From: Parcubacteria group bacterium
GTDB lineage: Bacteria; Patescibacteriota; Minisyncoccia; UBA6257; Colwellbacteraceae
Length of the DNA: 64,000 bases
Assembly (NCBI GenBank): GCA_041649615.1
Contig: JBAZMT010000002.1
Coordinates: 10,017 to 74,016, forward strand
Reading direction: 5' to 3'
A model generated the notes under the pieces. The model did not search any database. It worked only from the letters and a program-made list of their open reading frames with translations, and had not been told where the DNA came from. Below are positions 7,897 to 18,767 of this stretch, in pieces. Within the stretch, counting starts at the first letter, position 1; each line of letters begins with the position of its first letter. The position numbers were made by a program, and so were the translations under genes.

Positions 7897-9444
7897 ATGC
7901 TTATGAGCCTAATCGCTCTTCTACCGATAGTGATACTCGTCTTTTTGGTTCTTTTTTCTCACCGAAGTTTTTTGGTATCGGTTATCTTGGCGCTTACGGT
8001 TCTCTTAACGATCGGTTTTTTTGTCTGGAAAATATCACCCATTGTTCTTTCCGCGGCGGCGATTAAAGGAGTTTTCGTGGCTCTCGAAATCATATTAATA
8101 ATTTTCGGCGCTTTGCTTGTTTTCGGAATATTCAGAAGACTCGGAGGAGAACGTTCCGCGGAACAAATTTTTGATAGAATATCGCCCGACTACCGAGTGA
8201 AAGCCGTTCTAATCGCATGGGCGTTTATCTGTTTTTTGGAAGGAATATCGGGATTTGGCACCCCTCCGATGATAACGGTTCCGATACTCATCTCTATCGG
8301 ATTAACGCCTTTGTCTTCCGTCGTGGTTTCTCTAATCGGGGACACTCTTCCCGTAACGTTCGGCGCGGTCGGATTACCGGTGACTTACGGATTTGCCTCT
8401 ACGGTCGGATCGGGATTGGCGAACGAGGCAGCACTTTTCATCTCAATCTTAAACATTATTATTTCTCCTTTTGTCGTGGCGGCCATTTTCTTTATGTCTT
8501 CAAAAGAAAAGAAAGGGAGGCTCAAGGACGTCGTACGGAATTTGCCCTTTATTTTATTTTCGGCTTTCGCGGTTTCAATCCCGTCTTTTGTGGTAATGAA
8601 GTTTTTCGGACCAGAGGTGCCTTCCATAATAGGAGGACTTTGCGGGATGATTTTAATATCTTTATACGCGATCATTCACCGGGAAAAAGAAAAAGAAGAG
8701 AACAAGCCTGAAAAAGGCAATATCATTCCGTTTGTTCCGTATATAATCGTGGCAGGAACACTTGCAATAACGAGAATTCCTTATATCAAGAATCTGCTCG
8801 GAAATTTATTTGAAATCAGCCTTTCTTCCATTTTAAAGACGAACATAAGTTATTCCATTCATCCTCTTGCATCTCCCGCGGCGATTTTCTTTGCTACGGC
8901 AGCGGGATTTCTCGTTTATTTCTTTTTGCGCAGAAATAAAAAATACTCGGCAGAGATACTTCGTGAGGCCGCGAAAAGAGTTGTTCAACCGGCCGCGGCG
9001 CTTATATGCATCATTATTTTCGTTCAAATAATGCTTAATTCGGGACTAAATGATGCGGGATTACCCAATATGATCACTTCAATCGCGAATATTTTTCGGA
9101 GCGCGGGGAAAGTGACAACCCTCTTTATTTCTCCCGCGATAGGGGCAATTGGCGCATTTATTGCCGGAAGTTCAACTGTTTCCAATCTTTTGTTTTCGTC
9201 CATCCAACAATCGGCTGCCGTTCTTTCGGGAAATGCGGAAAAACTGATTATTGCCATGCAGGGCATGGGTTCGGCGGCGGGAAATGTCGTTGCGATACAC
9301 AATATTCTTGCGGCGCTCGCAGTTGCGGGAGCGGGAGCGGCGATGGAAAAAAGAGTTTTAAGAACGAACTTGCCTTATCTTGCCATTTATTTGATTCTTG
9401 CGGGAATTCTTGGTTTTGCGATAACGGCCTTGGCTCTTGTTTGA
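7897..9444 (+). CDS. lctP: L-lactate permease family transporter
   Basis: FLEGISGFGTP, PVTFGAVGLP, GAFIAGSSTVSNLLF motifs; the upstream ORF extension overlaps the tRNA and is spurious. Confidence 0.88.
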   Translation: MLMSLIALLPIVILVFLVLFSHRSFLVSVILALTVLLTIGFFVWKISPIVLSAAAIKGVFVALEIILIIFGALLVFGIFRRLGGERSAEQIFDRISPDYRVKAVLIAWAFICFLEGISGFGTPPMITVPILISIGLTPLSSVVVSLIGDTLPVTFGAVGLPVTYGFASTVGSGLANEAALFISILNIIISPFVVAAIFFMSSKEKKGRLKDVVRNLPFILFSAFAVSIPSFVVMKFFGPEVPSIIGGLCGMILISLYAIIHREKEKEENKPEKGNIIPFVPYIIVAGTLAITRIPYIKNLLGNLFEISLSSILKTNISYSIHPLASPAAIFFATAAGFLVYFFLRRNKKYSAEILREAAKRVVQPAAALICIIIFVQIMLNSGLNDAGLPNMITSIANIFRSAGKVTTLFISPAIGAIGAFIAGSSTVSNLLFSSIQQSAAVLSGNAEKLIIAMQGMGSAAGNVVAIHNILAALAVAGAGAAMEKRVLRTNLPYLAIYLILAGILGFAITALALV

Positions 9445-9508
9445 CCCGAAGCGAAAAAGTTGGTTCAATCCTCATAGAACCTGAAAAAAAGAAAGGAGGG
9501 GACGATTC

Positions 9509-9718
9509 GTGAAAAGACCGAGTGAAATGCCTTGTCCGAACAATTGTAAAAGGGAAGACGATCCAAAAAAACCGGTAATGGTCAAAATAGGCGGCGTTTG
9601 CCCGAATTGTTTAATGGGGATACCACACGGATCGGAATCAACTCTTTCACATATGAGAATACACGCCCTGAATATTTCGGGAAAAACCAGGAAACATATT
9701 CCGGGAGAATGGGATTAA
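9509..9718 (+). CDS. Small Cys/His-containing ORFan, possibly Zn-binding
   Basis: Strong aaggagg RBS upstream; CPNNC, CPNC, HxxxH; hairpin aaagcctatctt/aagataggcttt downstream. Confidence 0.6.
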   Translation: MKRPSEMPCPNNCKREDDPKKPVMVKIGGVCPNCLMGIPHGSESTLSHMRIHALNISGKTRKHIPGEWD

Positions 9719-9801
9719 CTAAAGAAACAAAGCCTATCTTCTCGCGAAAAGATAGGCTTTTGATTTTTCGGTGAATAGGAGCTAACTTGAATCGGTAGCT
9801 G

Positions 9802-11049
9802 ATGGATAAAAAAATTCAAAAATTAATTGAACGGGAAGTTTCGCGTCAAAATAAAACGATAGATCTTATTCCATCGGAGAATTTAATGTCTCCGGACATT
9901 CTTTCCATTCTCGGATCACCTTTGGCAAATAAATATTCGGAAGGGTACCCAGGCAAGAGATATTATCCGGGAAACGCCGTTTGCGACGAGATAGAGCTTC
10001 GGGCGCAGGAGGTGGCGCTCAAGGCATTCGGATTAAGTCCGGACGGATGGGCGGTAAACGTTCAACCTTATTCCGGATCGCCGGCGAATTTGGCGGTTTA
10101 TCTGGGACTTATGAATCCGGGAGACACGTTGATGGGCATGGAACTTGCCTCTGGTGGACACCTTACGCACGGGCACAAAGTTTCGGCGACCGGAAAATTG
10201 TTCAATTCGGTTCAATACGGACTTGGGAAAAGCGGAAGGATCGATTACAACACCATTCTTGCGCTTGCAAAAAAAAACAGACCGAAGGTCATCGTATCCG
10301 GAACAACCGCGTATCCTAGAAAACTGGATTTCAAAAAATTCGGCGAGATAGCCTCGTCCGTGAAGGCGTATCACGTGGCCGATATTTCACATATCGCGGG
10401 GTTAGTGCTTACGGGAAATCATCCGTCTCCTTTCAAATATGCTCACGTCGTGACCACTACGACTCATAAAACTTTGCGCGGTCCGAGAGGAGCGGTGATT
10501 TTTGCGAGGAAGGAACCGCTGAAATTGGGAGAAGGAACCATTAACGGAGCGATAGACAAAGCGATTTTTCCGGGAATCCAAGGCGGTCCGCACAATAATC
10601 AAACGGCGGCAATCGCAGAGTGCTTTTATGAGAGTTTAAACCCTGAATTTAAAAAGTACGGAACTCAAATCGTGAAAAATGCAAAAGCACTCGCGGCGGC
10701 ACTCATGAAAAAAGGATTCAAGCTGGTAACCGGAGGAACGGATAATCATTTGATTCTTGCCAATTTAAAGATTTTTGAGATCAGCGGAAGAGACGCTCAA
10801 AACTTACTTGAAGAAAACGGGATAGTAGCGAACAGAAATTCCGTTCCGGGAGATATCTCTCCCTTTAATCCTTCCGGGTTAAGAATCGGCACTCCTTCCG
10901 TTACAACGAGAGGAATGAAAGAAAAAGATATGGAGAAAATAGCGGACTTGATGCATAGAGCGATAGTGCTTAAAGGAAACGTAAAAGAAGAAACCGAACG
11001 TTTGGCTCTGAAATATCCGGCAGATAAATTCACTAAATGGAGAAAATAG
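9802..11049 (+). CDS. glyA: Serine hydroxymethyltransferase
   Basis: LIPSEN, NKYSEGYPGKRYY, GGHLTHG, TTTTHKTLRGPRG. Confidence 0.98.
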   Translation: MDKKIQKLIEREVSRQNKTIDLIPSENLMSPDILSILGSPLANKYSEGYPGKRYYPGNAVCDEIELRAQEVALKAFGLSPDGWAVNVQPYSGSPANLAVYLGLMNPGDTLMGMELASGGHLTHGHKVSATGKLFNSVQYGLGKSGRIDYNTILALAKKNRPKVIVSGTTAYPRKLDFKKFGEIASSVKAYHVADISHIAGLVLTGNHPSPFKYAHVVTTTTHKTLRGPRGAVIFARKEPLKLGEGTINGAIDKAIFPGIQGGPHNNQTAAIAECFYESLNPEFKKYGTQIVKNAKALAAALMKKGFKLVTGGTDNHLILANLKIFEISGRDAQNLLEENGIVANRNSVPGDISPFNPSGLRIGTPSVTTRGMKEKDMEKIADLMHRAIVLKGNVKEETERLALKYPADKFTKWRK

Positions 11050-11831
11050 ACGGAAAAGCCATTGCCGAGGAAGTGTATACCCGAATAGGGGACAGAACCG
11101 GAGACGGATTAAAACTCGTTGTCGTCATGGCGGGAGACGATCCGGCAACCGAGTCTTTCGTGGCACAGAAGAAAAAAGCGGCTTTGAGGACGGGGATTAA
11201 TTTTGAAGTAGTTAAATTTTCGGAGGAGGCGGAAACGGAAAAACTGGTGGAATCCGTAAAACGAGCATCCGAGAATCATGAAATAACGGCTGTAATAGTT
11301 CAGCTTCCTTTACCTCAAAAAATAGACAAAGCTCGCGTGCTTAAGGCGATAGAACCAACAAAAGACGTGGATTCGTTAAATGGGGGAAAAATACCGGCAC
11401 CGGCGGCTCAAGTAGTTAAAGAGATACTTAGATATTTGAATAAAGATATAAGCTTGTTTGATTTTGCAGTTGTCGGGTATGGGATTCTGGTGGGAAAACC
11501 GGTTTATGAATTTTTATTGCCTCGCGCGAAATCGGTCCGTATTTTTGAGCGTAGTGACGATTTAGCGGATGTTGCAAAAGCGGACGTGATAATTTCTGGT
11601 ACCGGCGTTCCGGGACTAATTTCGCCTCATATGGTGCGTGACGGGGCGATTGTTATTGATTTCGGTTATGGGATGAAGGACGGAAAAGTCGGGGGAGATT
11701 TTGACCCGCAGATTTCGGATAAAAATATTTTCTATACGCCGACTCCGGGAGGAACGGGGCCGATACTTGTCGCCGAACTTTTTCTAAATATAGTCTTACT
11801 TGGCCGAAGCGGCGATTCGCTCAATCTCTAG
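11037..11831 (+). CDS. folD: Methylenetetrahydrofolate dehydrogenase/cyclohydrolase
   Basis: [27 protein letters not shown]. Confidence 0.93.
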   Translation: MEKIDGKAIAEEVYTRIGDRTGDGLKLVVVMAGDDPATESFVAQKKKAALRTGINFEVVKFSEEAETEKLVESVKRASENHEITAVIVQLPLPQKIDKARVLKAIEPTKDVDSLNGGKIPAPAAQVVKEILRYLNKDISLFDFAVVGYGILVGKPVYEFLLPRAKSVRIFERSDDLADVAKADVIISGTGVPGLISPHMVRDGAIVIDFGYGMKDGKVGGDFDPQISDKNIFYTPTPGGTGPILVAELFLNIVLLGRSGDSLNL

Positions 11832-12824
11832 GCTCAAGTCTTTCTCAATCTCTCTAAGGAGCGGTTTGTTTTCTCTTAATTTTTCTTTGGAGGCTTCAAT
11901 ACCCACGCCTAGTTTCTCTTCCTTAAACGAATAAGTGTTGCCGCTTTTTTTGACGATACCGTACTTCAAACCGGTGTTAATCAAATCTCCTTCATAAGAG
12001 ATTCCCTCGTTAAACATGATGTCAAACTCGGTAGATCTAAAAGGAGGGGCCACTTTATTTTTGACTACTTTGGCGCGAACTCTGTTTCCGACAACTTCTT
12101 CTCCTTTTTTGATTTGCGCGATGCGTCTTAAATCGACGCGAACGGACGAATAAAATTTGAGCGCTCTTCCTCCGGGAGTGGTAGTCGTTTCTCCATAGCC
12201 CATCATTCCGATTTTTTCTCTTATCTGATTGATGAATACAAGAAGAGTTTTGGACTTGGCGGCAATAGCCGTAATTTTTCTCATAGCCTGGGAAATCATT
12301 CGAGCTTGAAGTCCGACATACTGCGCTCCCATTTCACCCTCAATTTCGGCTCTGGGCGTAAGCGCCGCCACCGAATCAATGATTATGACGTCAATAAGTC
12401 CCGATTTAACGAGGCTTTCCATTATGTTTAAAGCTTCTTCGCCGTTGTCGGGTTGAGAAATTATAAGTTCCTTAATATCAACGCCAATCTTTTTCGCTCT
12501 TTCCGGATCAAGAGAATGCTCGGCGTCAATGAAAGCCGCTTTACCTCCTTTTTTCTGGGCTTCGGCGATTATCTGGAGACCAAGCGTGCTTTTGCCGGAC
12601 ATCTCCGGTCCGAATACTTCAACTATTCTGCCTTTGGGAAAGCCGCCTACGCCAAGCGCAAGATCAAGACTGAACGATCCGGAAGGGATGGACTCAATGT
12701 TTGAGTGCTTAATCTCGCCCAGTTTCATAACCGATTCCTCTCCGAACTTTTCACGGATGGATGCTATGAGCGAGTCCAAATCACTCCCTTCGTCAGGTCT
12801 GTTTTTAGATGTTTTCTTCTCCAT
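11796..12824 (-). CDS. recA: Recombinase RecA
   Basis: [44 protein letters not shown]. Confidence 0.99.
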   Translation of the reverse strand: MEKKTSKNRPDEGSDLDSLIASIREKFGEESVMKLGEIKHSNIESIPSGSFSLDLALGVGGFPKGRIVEVFGPEMSGKSTLGLQIIAEAQKKGGKAAFIDAEHSLDPERAKKIGVDIKELIISQPDNGEEALNIMESLVKSGLIDVIIIDSVAALTPRAEIEGEMGAQYVGLQARMISQAMRKITAIAAKSKTLLVFINQIREKIGMMGYGETTTTPGGRALKFYSSVRVDLRRIAQIKKGEEVVGNRVRAKVVKNKVAPPFRSTEFDIMFNEGISYEGDLINTGLKYGIVKKSGNTYSFKEEKLGVGIEASKEKLRENKPLLREIEKDLSLEIERIAASAK

Positions 12825-13518
12825 AATTAACAGTTTCGGGATCCACGTTTAAATTTTCCGTTATGTAAAAGACTTTTCTTATGACGGTCGTTTCTCGTCC
12901 CAGAAATCTTCTAACTCTGATTTCAAACGTATTTAGACCGGCATCAAGCGAGACTTCTTTTAGGAAATAACCGTCCGAGCTCACCGGAACGGGCTCTCGG
13001 TTAATTATAATGGAATCTTTGGGATTTATCTTGCCTTCAATCGTAAGTACTTGGCTTCTTGTTTCCAAAAAATCCCTATCTTCCACCTTGGCTGGAAGAT
13101 TTACTTCAATGGACGGAATGCCGACGAAACCGACAAGGAAATACCTGGCACTCGGGATAAGGCCAAGCAGGGTGGCGAGCATGGCAATGGCAACGATAAG
13201 AGCGACAATGACCCAACTCTTTTTTCTGCGAACGACCGCAAAACGGTTTTTCGGGAGGATATCGTCTTTACCCGAAGTCTTAAGTTCGGTTTTGTTGTAA
13301 GCCTCAATTATAGGCTCCTGGTCAATGTCTAAGGTGGTGCAGATTTTTGCGATATAGCCCTTAATGTACGGAGCGGCGGGCATATTGCTCAAGTCGTTCT
13401 CTGCCATGGCAGAGAGGTATCTCTTTGGAATATTTGTCAGTTCGGATAATTTACCGATCGTAAGTCCGTGTTCAGTCGTTATTTCGGATAAAACTTCTCC
13501 TAGACTTTTATCGTTCAT
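12805..13518 (-). CDS. RodZ-like HTH membrane protein
   Basis: N-terminal HTH (LGEVL...[10 protein letters not shown]), TM helix, Ig-like C-terminus; adjacent to ftsK. Confidence 0.8.
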   Translation of the reverse strand: MNDKSLGEVLSEITTEHGLTIGKLSELTNIPKRYLSAMAENDLSNMPAAPYIKGYIAKICTTLDIDQEPIIEAYNKTELKTSGKDDILPKNRFAVVRRKKSWVIVALIVAIAMLATLLGLIPSARYFLVGFVGIPSIEVNLPAKVEDRDFLETRSQVLTIEGKINPKDSIIINREPVPVSSDGYFLKEVSLDAGLNTFEIRVRRFLGRETTVIRKVFYITENLNVDPETVNYGEENI

Positions 13519-15592
13519 CGTTTAATTCGTTTTCTTCTCTTTCTGAGTTTAAATAAACCTCTCTCGGTTTCGCTCCATCGCCGGGACCGATGATGCCTTT
13601 GGATTCCATGATATCCAAGAGTCTTGCAGCCCGAGCATAACCGATTTTAAGACGTCTTTGCAATAATGAAGCGCTGGCTTTGCCTGCGTTCGAAACGACT
13701 TCTAAGGCGTCTGGAAACATATCGTCTTCCTCGTCATCGCTTGTGGCGGAACTCAATATTCCCTCAAGCTCGTGCGGGTCCGTGACGGAAAGATCGTTTA
13801 TTTCACCCTCGTTGTTATCAATAATAAATTGAGAAACGGCTTTGATTTCTTCATCGGTAAGATACGATCCTTGGATTCTTCTCGGCTTTGAGAGATCGGA
13901 AGAAACCAAAAGCATGTCTCCGCCTCCCAAAAGTTTTTCCGCTCCGGACGTATCAAGGATAGTGCGCGAGTCCACTTGGCTTGCTACCTGTAAGGCAATT
14001 CTTGTCGTGATATTCGCTTTGATGAGTCCAGTGATTACTTCAACGGACGGGCGCTGCGTGGAGACGATAAGGTGGATTCCGGTCGCGCGCGCCATTTGAG
14101 CGAGTCGCACGATGGAACTTTCAACTTCGCGTCCGTAAGCGGTCATCAAGTCGGCAAGCTCGTCTATTATGATGACGAGATACGGCATCGGGTCATTCTT
14201 GTGTTTGTCGTTAAAGCCTTTAATGTCTCTTACCCCTTCTCGCAGAAGAACTTCATAGCGCCTGTCCATTTCGGATATCGCATAACGAAGAGCCGAAATA
14301 GCTTTTTTACCTTCGGTGATTACGGGGGTGATAAGATGGGGAAGACCGCTATAGACGGAAAGTTCAACGCGTTTCGGATCTATAAAGATGAAGCGGAGAG
14401 TTTCGGGGGAATTCTTGTAAAGAAGAGAAACGATTATGGAGTGAATGGTAACGCTTTTTCCGCTGCCAGTCGCGCCCGCGACAAGCAGGTGAGGCATTTT
14501 CGCGATATTCGGGAAAACCGGCTCTCCCGAAAGTCCTTTACCGAGAGCGAAACCGAGCGTTCCGGCAGAATTGAATTCGGGATAATTTAAGAGGCTTCCA
14601 AGGCGAACGAGCGCCGCGGTTTTGTTGGGAACCTCAATTCCAACTAACGACTTTCCGGGAATCGGAGCTTCAATGCGCAAAGGATGAGCTGCAAGCGCAA
14701 GTGATAGATCTTGATTCAAAGCGGTGATACGTGAAAGTTTTATGCCTTCAGCGGGCTTCAGGGTGTATCTCGTCACTTTCGGACCGATCGTGATTTCTCC
14801 CATTTCCACCGGGATACCGAAGCTATCAAGAGTTCTTTTTATGATATTCGCGTTTGCCCTAAGGTCGCCTACGGTCGGTTTTTCCACGGAAGAATTGAGG
14901 ATATCAAGCGGAGGAGGAACGTAATTTTTGAAGGATAACTTTTTTTCCGTTTTTTGGTTTCCTTTGGCAATGAATTCGGACGCATCACCTGAAGAGGGGG
15001 TATTGTCTGCCGTTTCTGATTTTGGTTTGGACGAACCATTATTTTTTTCCGTTACGGTAACTTCATTTTCACCTTCGCCATTTACGACAAGTTTTTCATT
15101 TTCCGTTTTTCTGATCTTTAGTTTTCCCAGATCAATTTTTATCGGAATATCAATAATGAAAATAAGCCCTATTAAAACGATGGAGGAAGTAAGAACGATA
15201 CCTGCCGGGTGGCCAAACGGCATTTCAACGGCGCCGGCGGCGACACCGAGCCAGCCGCTTTTTCCCGGATAAATAATATCAATCAATCCGAGACTTCCGA
15301 GAACGAAAAGCGAACTTCCGATGATCGTTCGCTTCATTACCCCTCTTCTTCTTCCGAAAAGAAGCAAGACTCCGGCTCCAAGAAGAGTTACGGGAATGAG
15401 ATAGTAACCGATACCGAGCAGAGTCGTACCTGCTTTAAATATGGCTTCACCAACGGGACCGGCCTTGTGAAAGCCGGCGAGCAGTAAAATCAAACCGAGG
15501 CATAAGAAAATTATTGCCCAGATTCCCATAAGGACCTCCGGGCGTATTTTTTCCTTTTCCGGAACGTTCCTTGTTCCAGTTTTTCTTGCCAT
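13508..15592 (-). CDS. ftsK: DNA translocase FtsK
   Basis: 4 TM N-terminus, PHLLVAGATGSGKS, IIIDELADLM, gamma domain LQRRLKIGYARAARL. Confidence 0.97.
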   Translation of the reverse strand: MARKTGTRNVPEKEKIRPEVLMGIWAIIFLCLGLILLLAGFHKAGPVGEAIFKAGTTLLGIGYYLIPVTLLGAGVLLLFGRRRGVMKRTIIGSSLFVLGSLGLIDIIYPGKSGWLGVAAGAVEMPFGHPAGIVLTSSIVLIGLIFIIDIPIKIDLGKLKIRKTENEKLVVNGEGENEVTVTEKNNGSSKPKSETADNTPSSGDASEFIAKGNQKTEKKLSFKNYVPPPLDILNSSVEKPTVGDLRANANIIKRTLDSFGIPVEMGEITIGPKVTRYTLKPAEGIKLSRITALNQDLSLALAAHPLRIEAPIPGKSLVGIEVPNKTAALVRLGSLLNYPEFNSAGTLGFALGKGLSGEPVFPNIAKMPHLLVAGATGSGKSVTIHSIIVSLLYKNSPETLRFIFIDPKRVELSVYSGLPHLITPVITEGKKAISALRYAISEMDRRYEVLLREGVRDIKGFNDKHKNDPMPYLVIIIDELADLMTAYGREVESSIVRLAQMARATGIHLIVSTQRPSVEVITGLIKANITTRIALQVASQVDSRTILDTSGAEKLLGGGDMLLVSSDLSKPRRIQGSYLTDEEIKAVSQFIIDNNEGEINDLSVTDPHELEGILSSATSDDEEDDMFPDALEVVSNAGKASASLLQRRLKIGYARAARLLDIMESKGIIGPGDGAKPREVYLNSEREENELNDER

Positions 15593-15662
15593 AATCCAAC
15601 TAATTATAGGTAGCTTACGGACAAAACTAAAGGGTTCCCGCTCGTGTTATTATTAAAAGTCA

Positions 15663-16061
15663 ATGGATAAAATAACGCCTTCGGTTTTTCGGGCTTACGA
15701 CATTCGGGGCATATATCCTAAAGAGATAAACGAAGAGACTGTCCGTGTTGTGGTTCAGTTTCTTTCGCAATCGGTGTTTTCCGAAGGAAAAATAGTTGTC
15801 GCGATGGATGCTAGGCAAAGCTCTAAAAAATTGTTCCGAGCGGTAAAAAATGCCTTGAAAGGAAGAGAACTAATAGAGGTCGGTTATGCCACAACTCCCA
15901 TGTTTTATTATCTTTCAAACAGGTTTTCTGCGGCCGGAGGGGTAATGGTTACGGCTTCTCATAACGATCAAGAGTGGAACGGATTAAAGGTTGTAGGACC
16001 GAGGGCTGAAGCGATAAGCGGAGACGAGATAGAAGAAAGAATGAAGAAAAATGAAAATTAA
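15663..16061 (+). CDS. Phosphomannomutase/phosphoglucomutase, N-terminal domain I only
   Basis: FRAYDIRG, MVTASHN catalytic Ser loop, NGLK. Confidence 0.85.
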   Translation: MDKITPSVFRAYDIRGIYPKEINEETVRVVVQFLSQSVFSEGKIVVAMDARQSSKKLFRAVKNALKGRELIEVGYATTPMFYYLSNRFSAAGGVMVTASHNDQEWNGLKVVGPRAEAISGDEIEERMKKNEN

Positions 16062-16956
16062 GGAAAAATTTTTGAAAGTATACGCCGAATTTCTTTCGGG
16101 GGAGTTAAAAATACTCCGGAAAATAAAAATCGTTTTTGACGCCTCAAACGGATTTGCCGGCCAGATAATAAAAGAGGCGATAGGAGGAAACCAGCTTATT
16201 CAACCGATATTTATAAATTGCCGGCCGGACGGGAAATTTCCCGCTCACGGGCCGAATTCTTCCGCTCCCGGAGCAGCGGATGAGCTTATAAAAGAAGTCG
16301 TTCAGAAGAAGGCAGACGCCGGGTTTATTTTTGACGGAGACGGAGACAGGGTGATTATCGCCGATGAAAAGGGTAACTTGATTCATCCGGATCTTGTGAT
16401 CAGACTTTATACCAAGCACTATCACCCAGAAAAAATAATTATTGACCGGCGAATAGGGTGGTTCGTAAAGGAAGATCTTCGCACCGAAGAAAAGGTATCA
16501 ATAATAAAATCAAAAATAGGACATCTTAATGTTAAAAGAACCATGAAGGAAAACGGCGCCGATTTTGGGGCAGAAGGGTCGGGACACTATTATTTTCCGG
16601 TAGAAGGCACTTACATAGATTCCGGCGCGATAATGACTATGAGAATGATGACGATAATATCTGAAGACGGATCTCTTTCCGAATGGGTTTCGCGTCAAAA
16701 GCCGTATTTTAGATCGGGAGAAATATCTTTTTCAGTCGCCTCCGCGGAAAGGAACATTAAGTCGGTAGCGGATTATGCTAGAAAGAACGGATTTGAATTG
16801 GATTTTGAAGACGGACTGTATGCCGAGAAAGAAGATTTTCGCTTTTTACTGAGACCGGCGGCGAATGAACCGCTTATAAGGATGAATGCGGAAGCGAAAG
16901 AAGAAAACGTCTTGAAAAAAGGGGTTAACCTGATACAATCGCTTATCAGCGAATAA
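16051..16956 (+). CDS. Phosphomannomutase/phosphoglucomutase, domains II-IV
   Basis: DASNG, PDGKFPAH, FDGDGDR metal loop, GAEGSGH, RPAANEP. Confidence 0.85.
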   Translation: MKIKEKFLKVYAEFLSGELKILRKIKIVFDASNGFAGQIIKEAIGGNQLIQPIFINCRPDGKFPAHGPNSSAPGAADELIKEVVQKKADAGFIFDGDGDRVIIADEKGNLIHPDLVIRLYTKHYHPEKIIIDRRIGWFVKEDLRTEEKVSIIKSKIGHLNVKRTMKENGADFGAEGSGHYYFPVEGTYIDSGAIMTMRMMTIISEDGSLSEWVSRQKPYFRSGEISFSVASAERNIKSVADYARKNGFELDFEDGLYAEKEDFRFLLRPAANEPLIRMNAEAKEENVLKKGVNLIQSLISE

Positions 16957-16991
16957 AGACTAAACGAGGGAGAGCATTCTCCCAACGAATT

Positions 16992-17570
16992 ATGAAAGAC
17001 GTCATTGTAATAGACATTGAGACAAAGAATACTTTTTACGACGTGGGCGGAGAACAAAATATCGCTCGTCTTGAAATGTCTTTGGCGTGCGCATACTCGT
17101 ACAACAAAAACGAATACTTAAGCTTTTGGGAGAACGACGTGAAAGATTTGGGACAGATGTTAAAAGACGCGGCCTTTGTCGTCGGATTTAGCATAAACAG
17201 ATTTGATTTGCCGGTGCTTGATAAATATTTTGATTTCAGCACGAAAGCGTTGAGGAGAGTTGACCTGCTTGAGGAAATAGAGGTAAGCGTCGGAAAAAGA
17301 ATCGGATTAGATCTTCTTGCGCGAGCCAATTTGGGGACGGGCAAAACGCACAACGGGCTTGAAGCCATTAAATTTTGGAACGAAGGGAATTTAAAGGAAT
17401 TGGAAGAATACTGCCTGAATGACGTAAAAGTAACGAAAGAGCTTTTTGATCTTGCAAAGGGACAGAAATACCTTATGATGCCCGAAAAAGGAACGGAAGC
17501 GTTGAGAAAAGTCAGTCTGGATTTTGATGAAAAAATCAGGGAAGCGACAACCGAAAATACTTTATTTTGA
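16992..17570 (+). CDS. RNase H-like / DnaQ-fold exonuclease domain protein (YprB-like)
   Basis: VIDIET, GFSINRFDLPVL, YCLNDV. Confidence 0.85.
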   Translation: MKDVIVIDIETKNTFYDVGGEQNIARLEMSLACAYSYNKNEYLSFWENDVKDLGQMLKDAAFVVGFSINRFDLPVLDKYFDFSTKALRRVDLLEEIEVSVGKRIGLDLLARANLGTGKTHNGLEAIKFWNEGNLKELEEYCLNDVKVTKELFDLAKGQKYLMMPEKGTEALRKVSLDFDEKIREATTENTLF

Positions 17571-18732
17571 TTACGCGGCAACCGCGCCGATAACGGCAAG
17601 CGCGGAAAAAGCGATGAAGCTGGCCTACGGTTCTTCTTTTGGGAATCCGGGATCAATTCATCGAGCCGGAATGAATGCGAGCGCTTTGCTTGATAAGGCA
17701 AGAGAAACAGTCGCTTTATCTTTGGGCGGAGATTTCAGCGGAATCGTTTTTACTTCTTCGGCGACCGAAGCCAATAATTTAGTTATTCGGGGAGTAGCAA
17801 AAAAATATATGGTCCGGAGAAGAACCGAAAGTTTCGGTTTGCCCGCGAGAGTCATTATTTCCGCGGCAGAACACGAATCGGTAGATCGGATGGCGGAAAA
17901 ATTGTCGGAAGAAGGAACGGAAGTCATTCGCGTGCCGGTTTATAAGAACGGAAAGGTAAATATAAAAGCGCTGAAAGAAGCCTTAAACGAAAGAACGGTA
18001 GTGGTTTCTCTCATATTCGTAAACAACGAAACGGGGGCGGTGAACGATGTGCTAAAAGTATCGGAAATAATTAAGGAGAAGAAAAAAGGAGAATATCCTA
18101 TATTTCACGTTGATGCTTCCCAGGCTTTTCAATACGAAGACTGTTCTTTTAATAGTACGGGAGCGGACGTAATAACGCTCTCATCTCACAAAATAGGCGG
18201 TCCGAAGGGAGCCGGCGCCGCGTGTTTTAGAAACAACGCCATTACTAGGCTTGTTGAGCCCATAACGTATGGTGGAGGACAAGAATTCGGAATGCGATCG
18301 GGCACGGAAAACGTACCGGCGATTTCCGGTTTCGCTGTGGCGATCAAAGAAGCCGATAGCTTAAGAAACAAAGAAATCAAGCGAGTAAGCGCGCTTAAAA
18401 AAATATTAATCCGGGAAATAGAGCGCTTGGTTCCCAAAGCCGAAGTTAACGGACCGGAACTGGAAGAGAGTTCGCCTCACATATTAAATGTCTGGCTACC
18501 GGGCATTTCAGCCGAGGAAATAATCGTGGCGATGGATATGGAAGGCAGCGCCATATCGTACGGTTCGGCCTGTTCCGCGAGGGCGTTTAGACAATCAAGG
18601 ATTTTGAGGGCAATGGGACATAAAGAAAACCGGGCGAGGGAGTCTGTGAGGATTAGCCTTGGCCGAGAGACTAAAATGGAGGATATCCGGAAATTTGTAA
18701 TAATTTTCAAGAAAGTAATCGCCAAATTTTAG
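17527..18732 (+). CDS. iscS: Cysteine desulfurase, group I (copy 1)
   Basis: YFDYAATAP, GNPGSIH, NNETG, SSHKIGGPKG, RSGTEN, GSACS. Confidence 0.92.
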   Translation: MKKSGKRQPKILYFDYAATAPITASAEKAMKLAYGSSFGNPGSIHRAGMNASALLDKARETVALSLGGDFSGIVFTSSATEANNLVIRGVAKKYMVRRRTESFGLPARVIISAAEHESVDRMAEKLSEEGTEVIRVPVYKNGKVNIKALKEALNERTVVVSLIFVNNETGAVNDVLKVSEIIKEKKKGEYPIFHVDASQAFQYEDCSFNSTGADVITLSSHKIGGPKGAGAACFRNNAITRLVEPITYGGGQEFGMRSGTENVPAISGFAVAIKEADSLRNKEIKRVSALKKILIREIERLVPKAEVNGPELEESSPHILNVWLPGISAEEIIVAMDMEGSAISYGSACSARAFRQSRILRAMGHKENRARESVRISLGRETKMEDIRKFVIIFKKVIAKF

Positions 18733-18767
18733 TTTTTAAAGCCATCTTTCATGTGGCATAATTCAGC

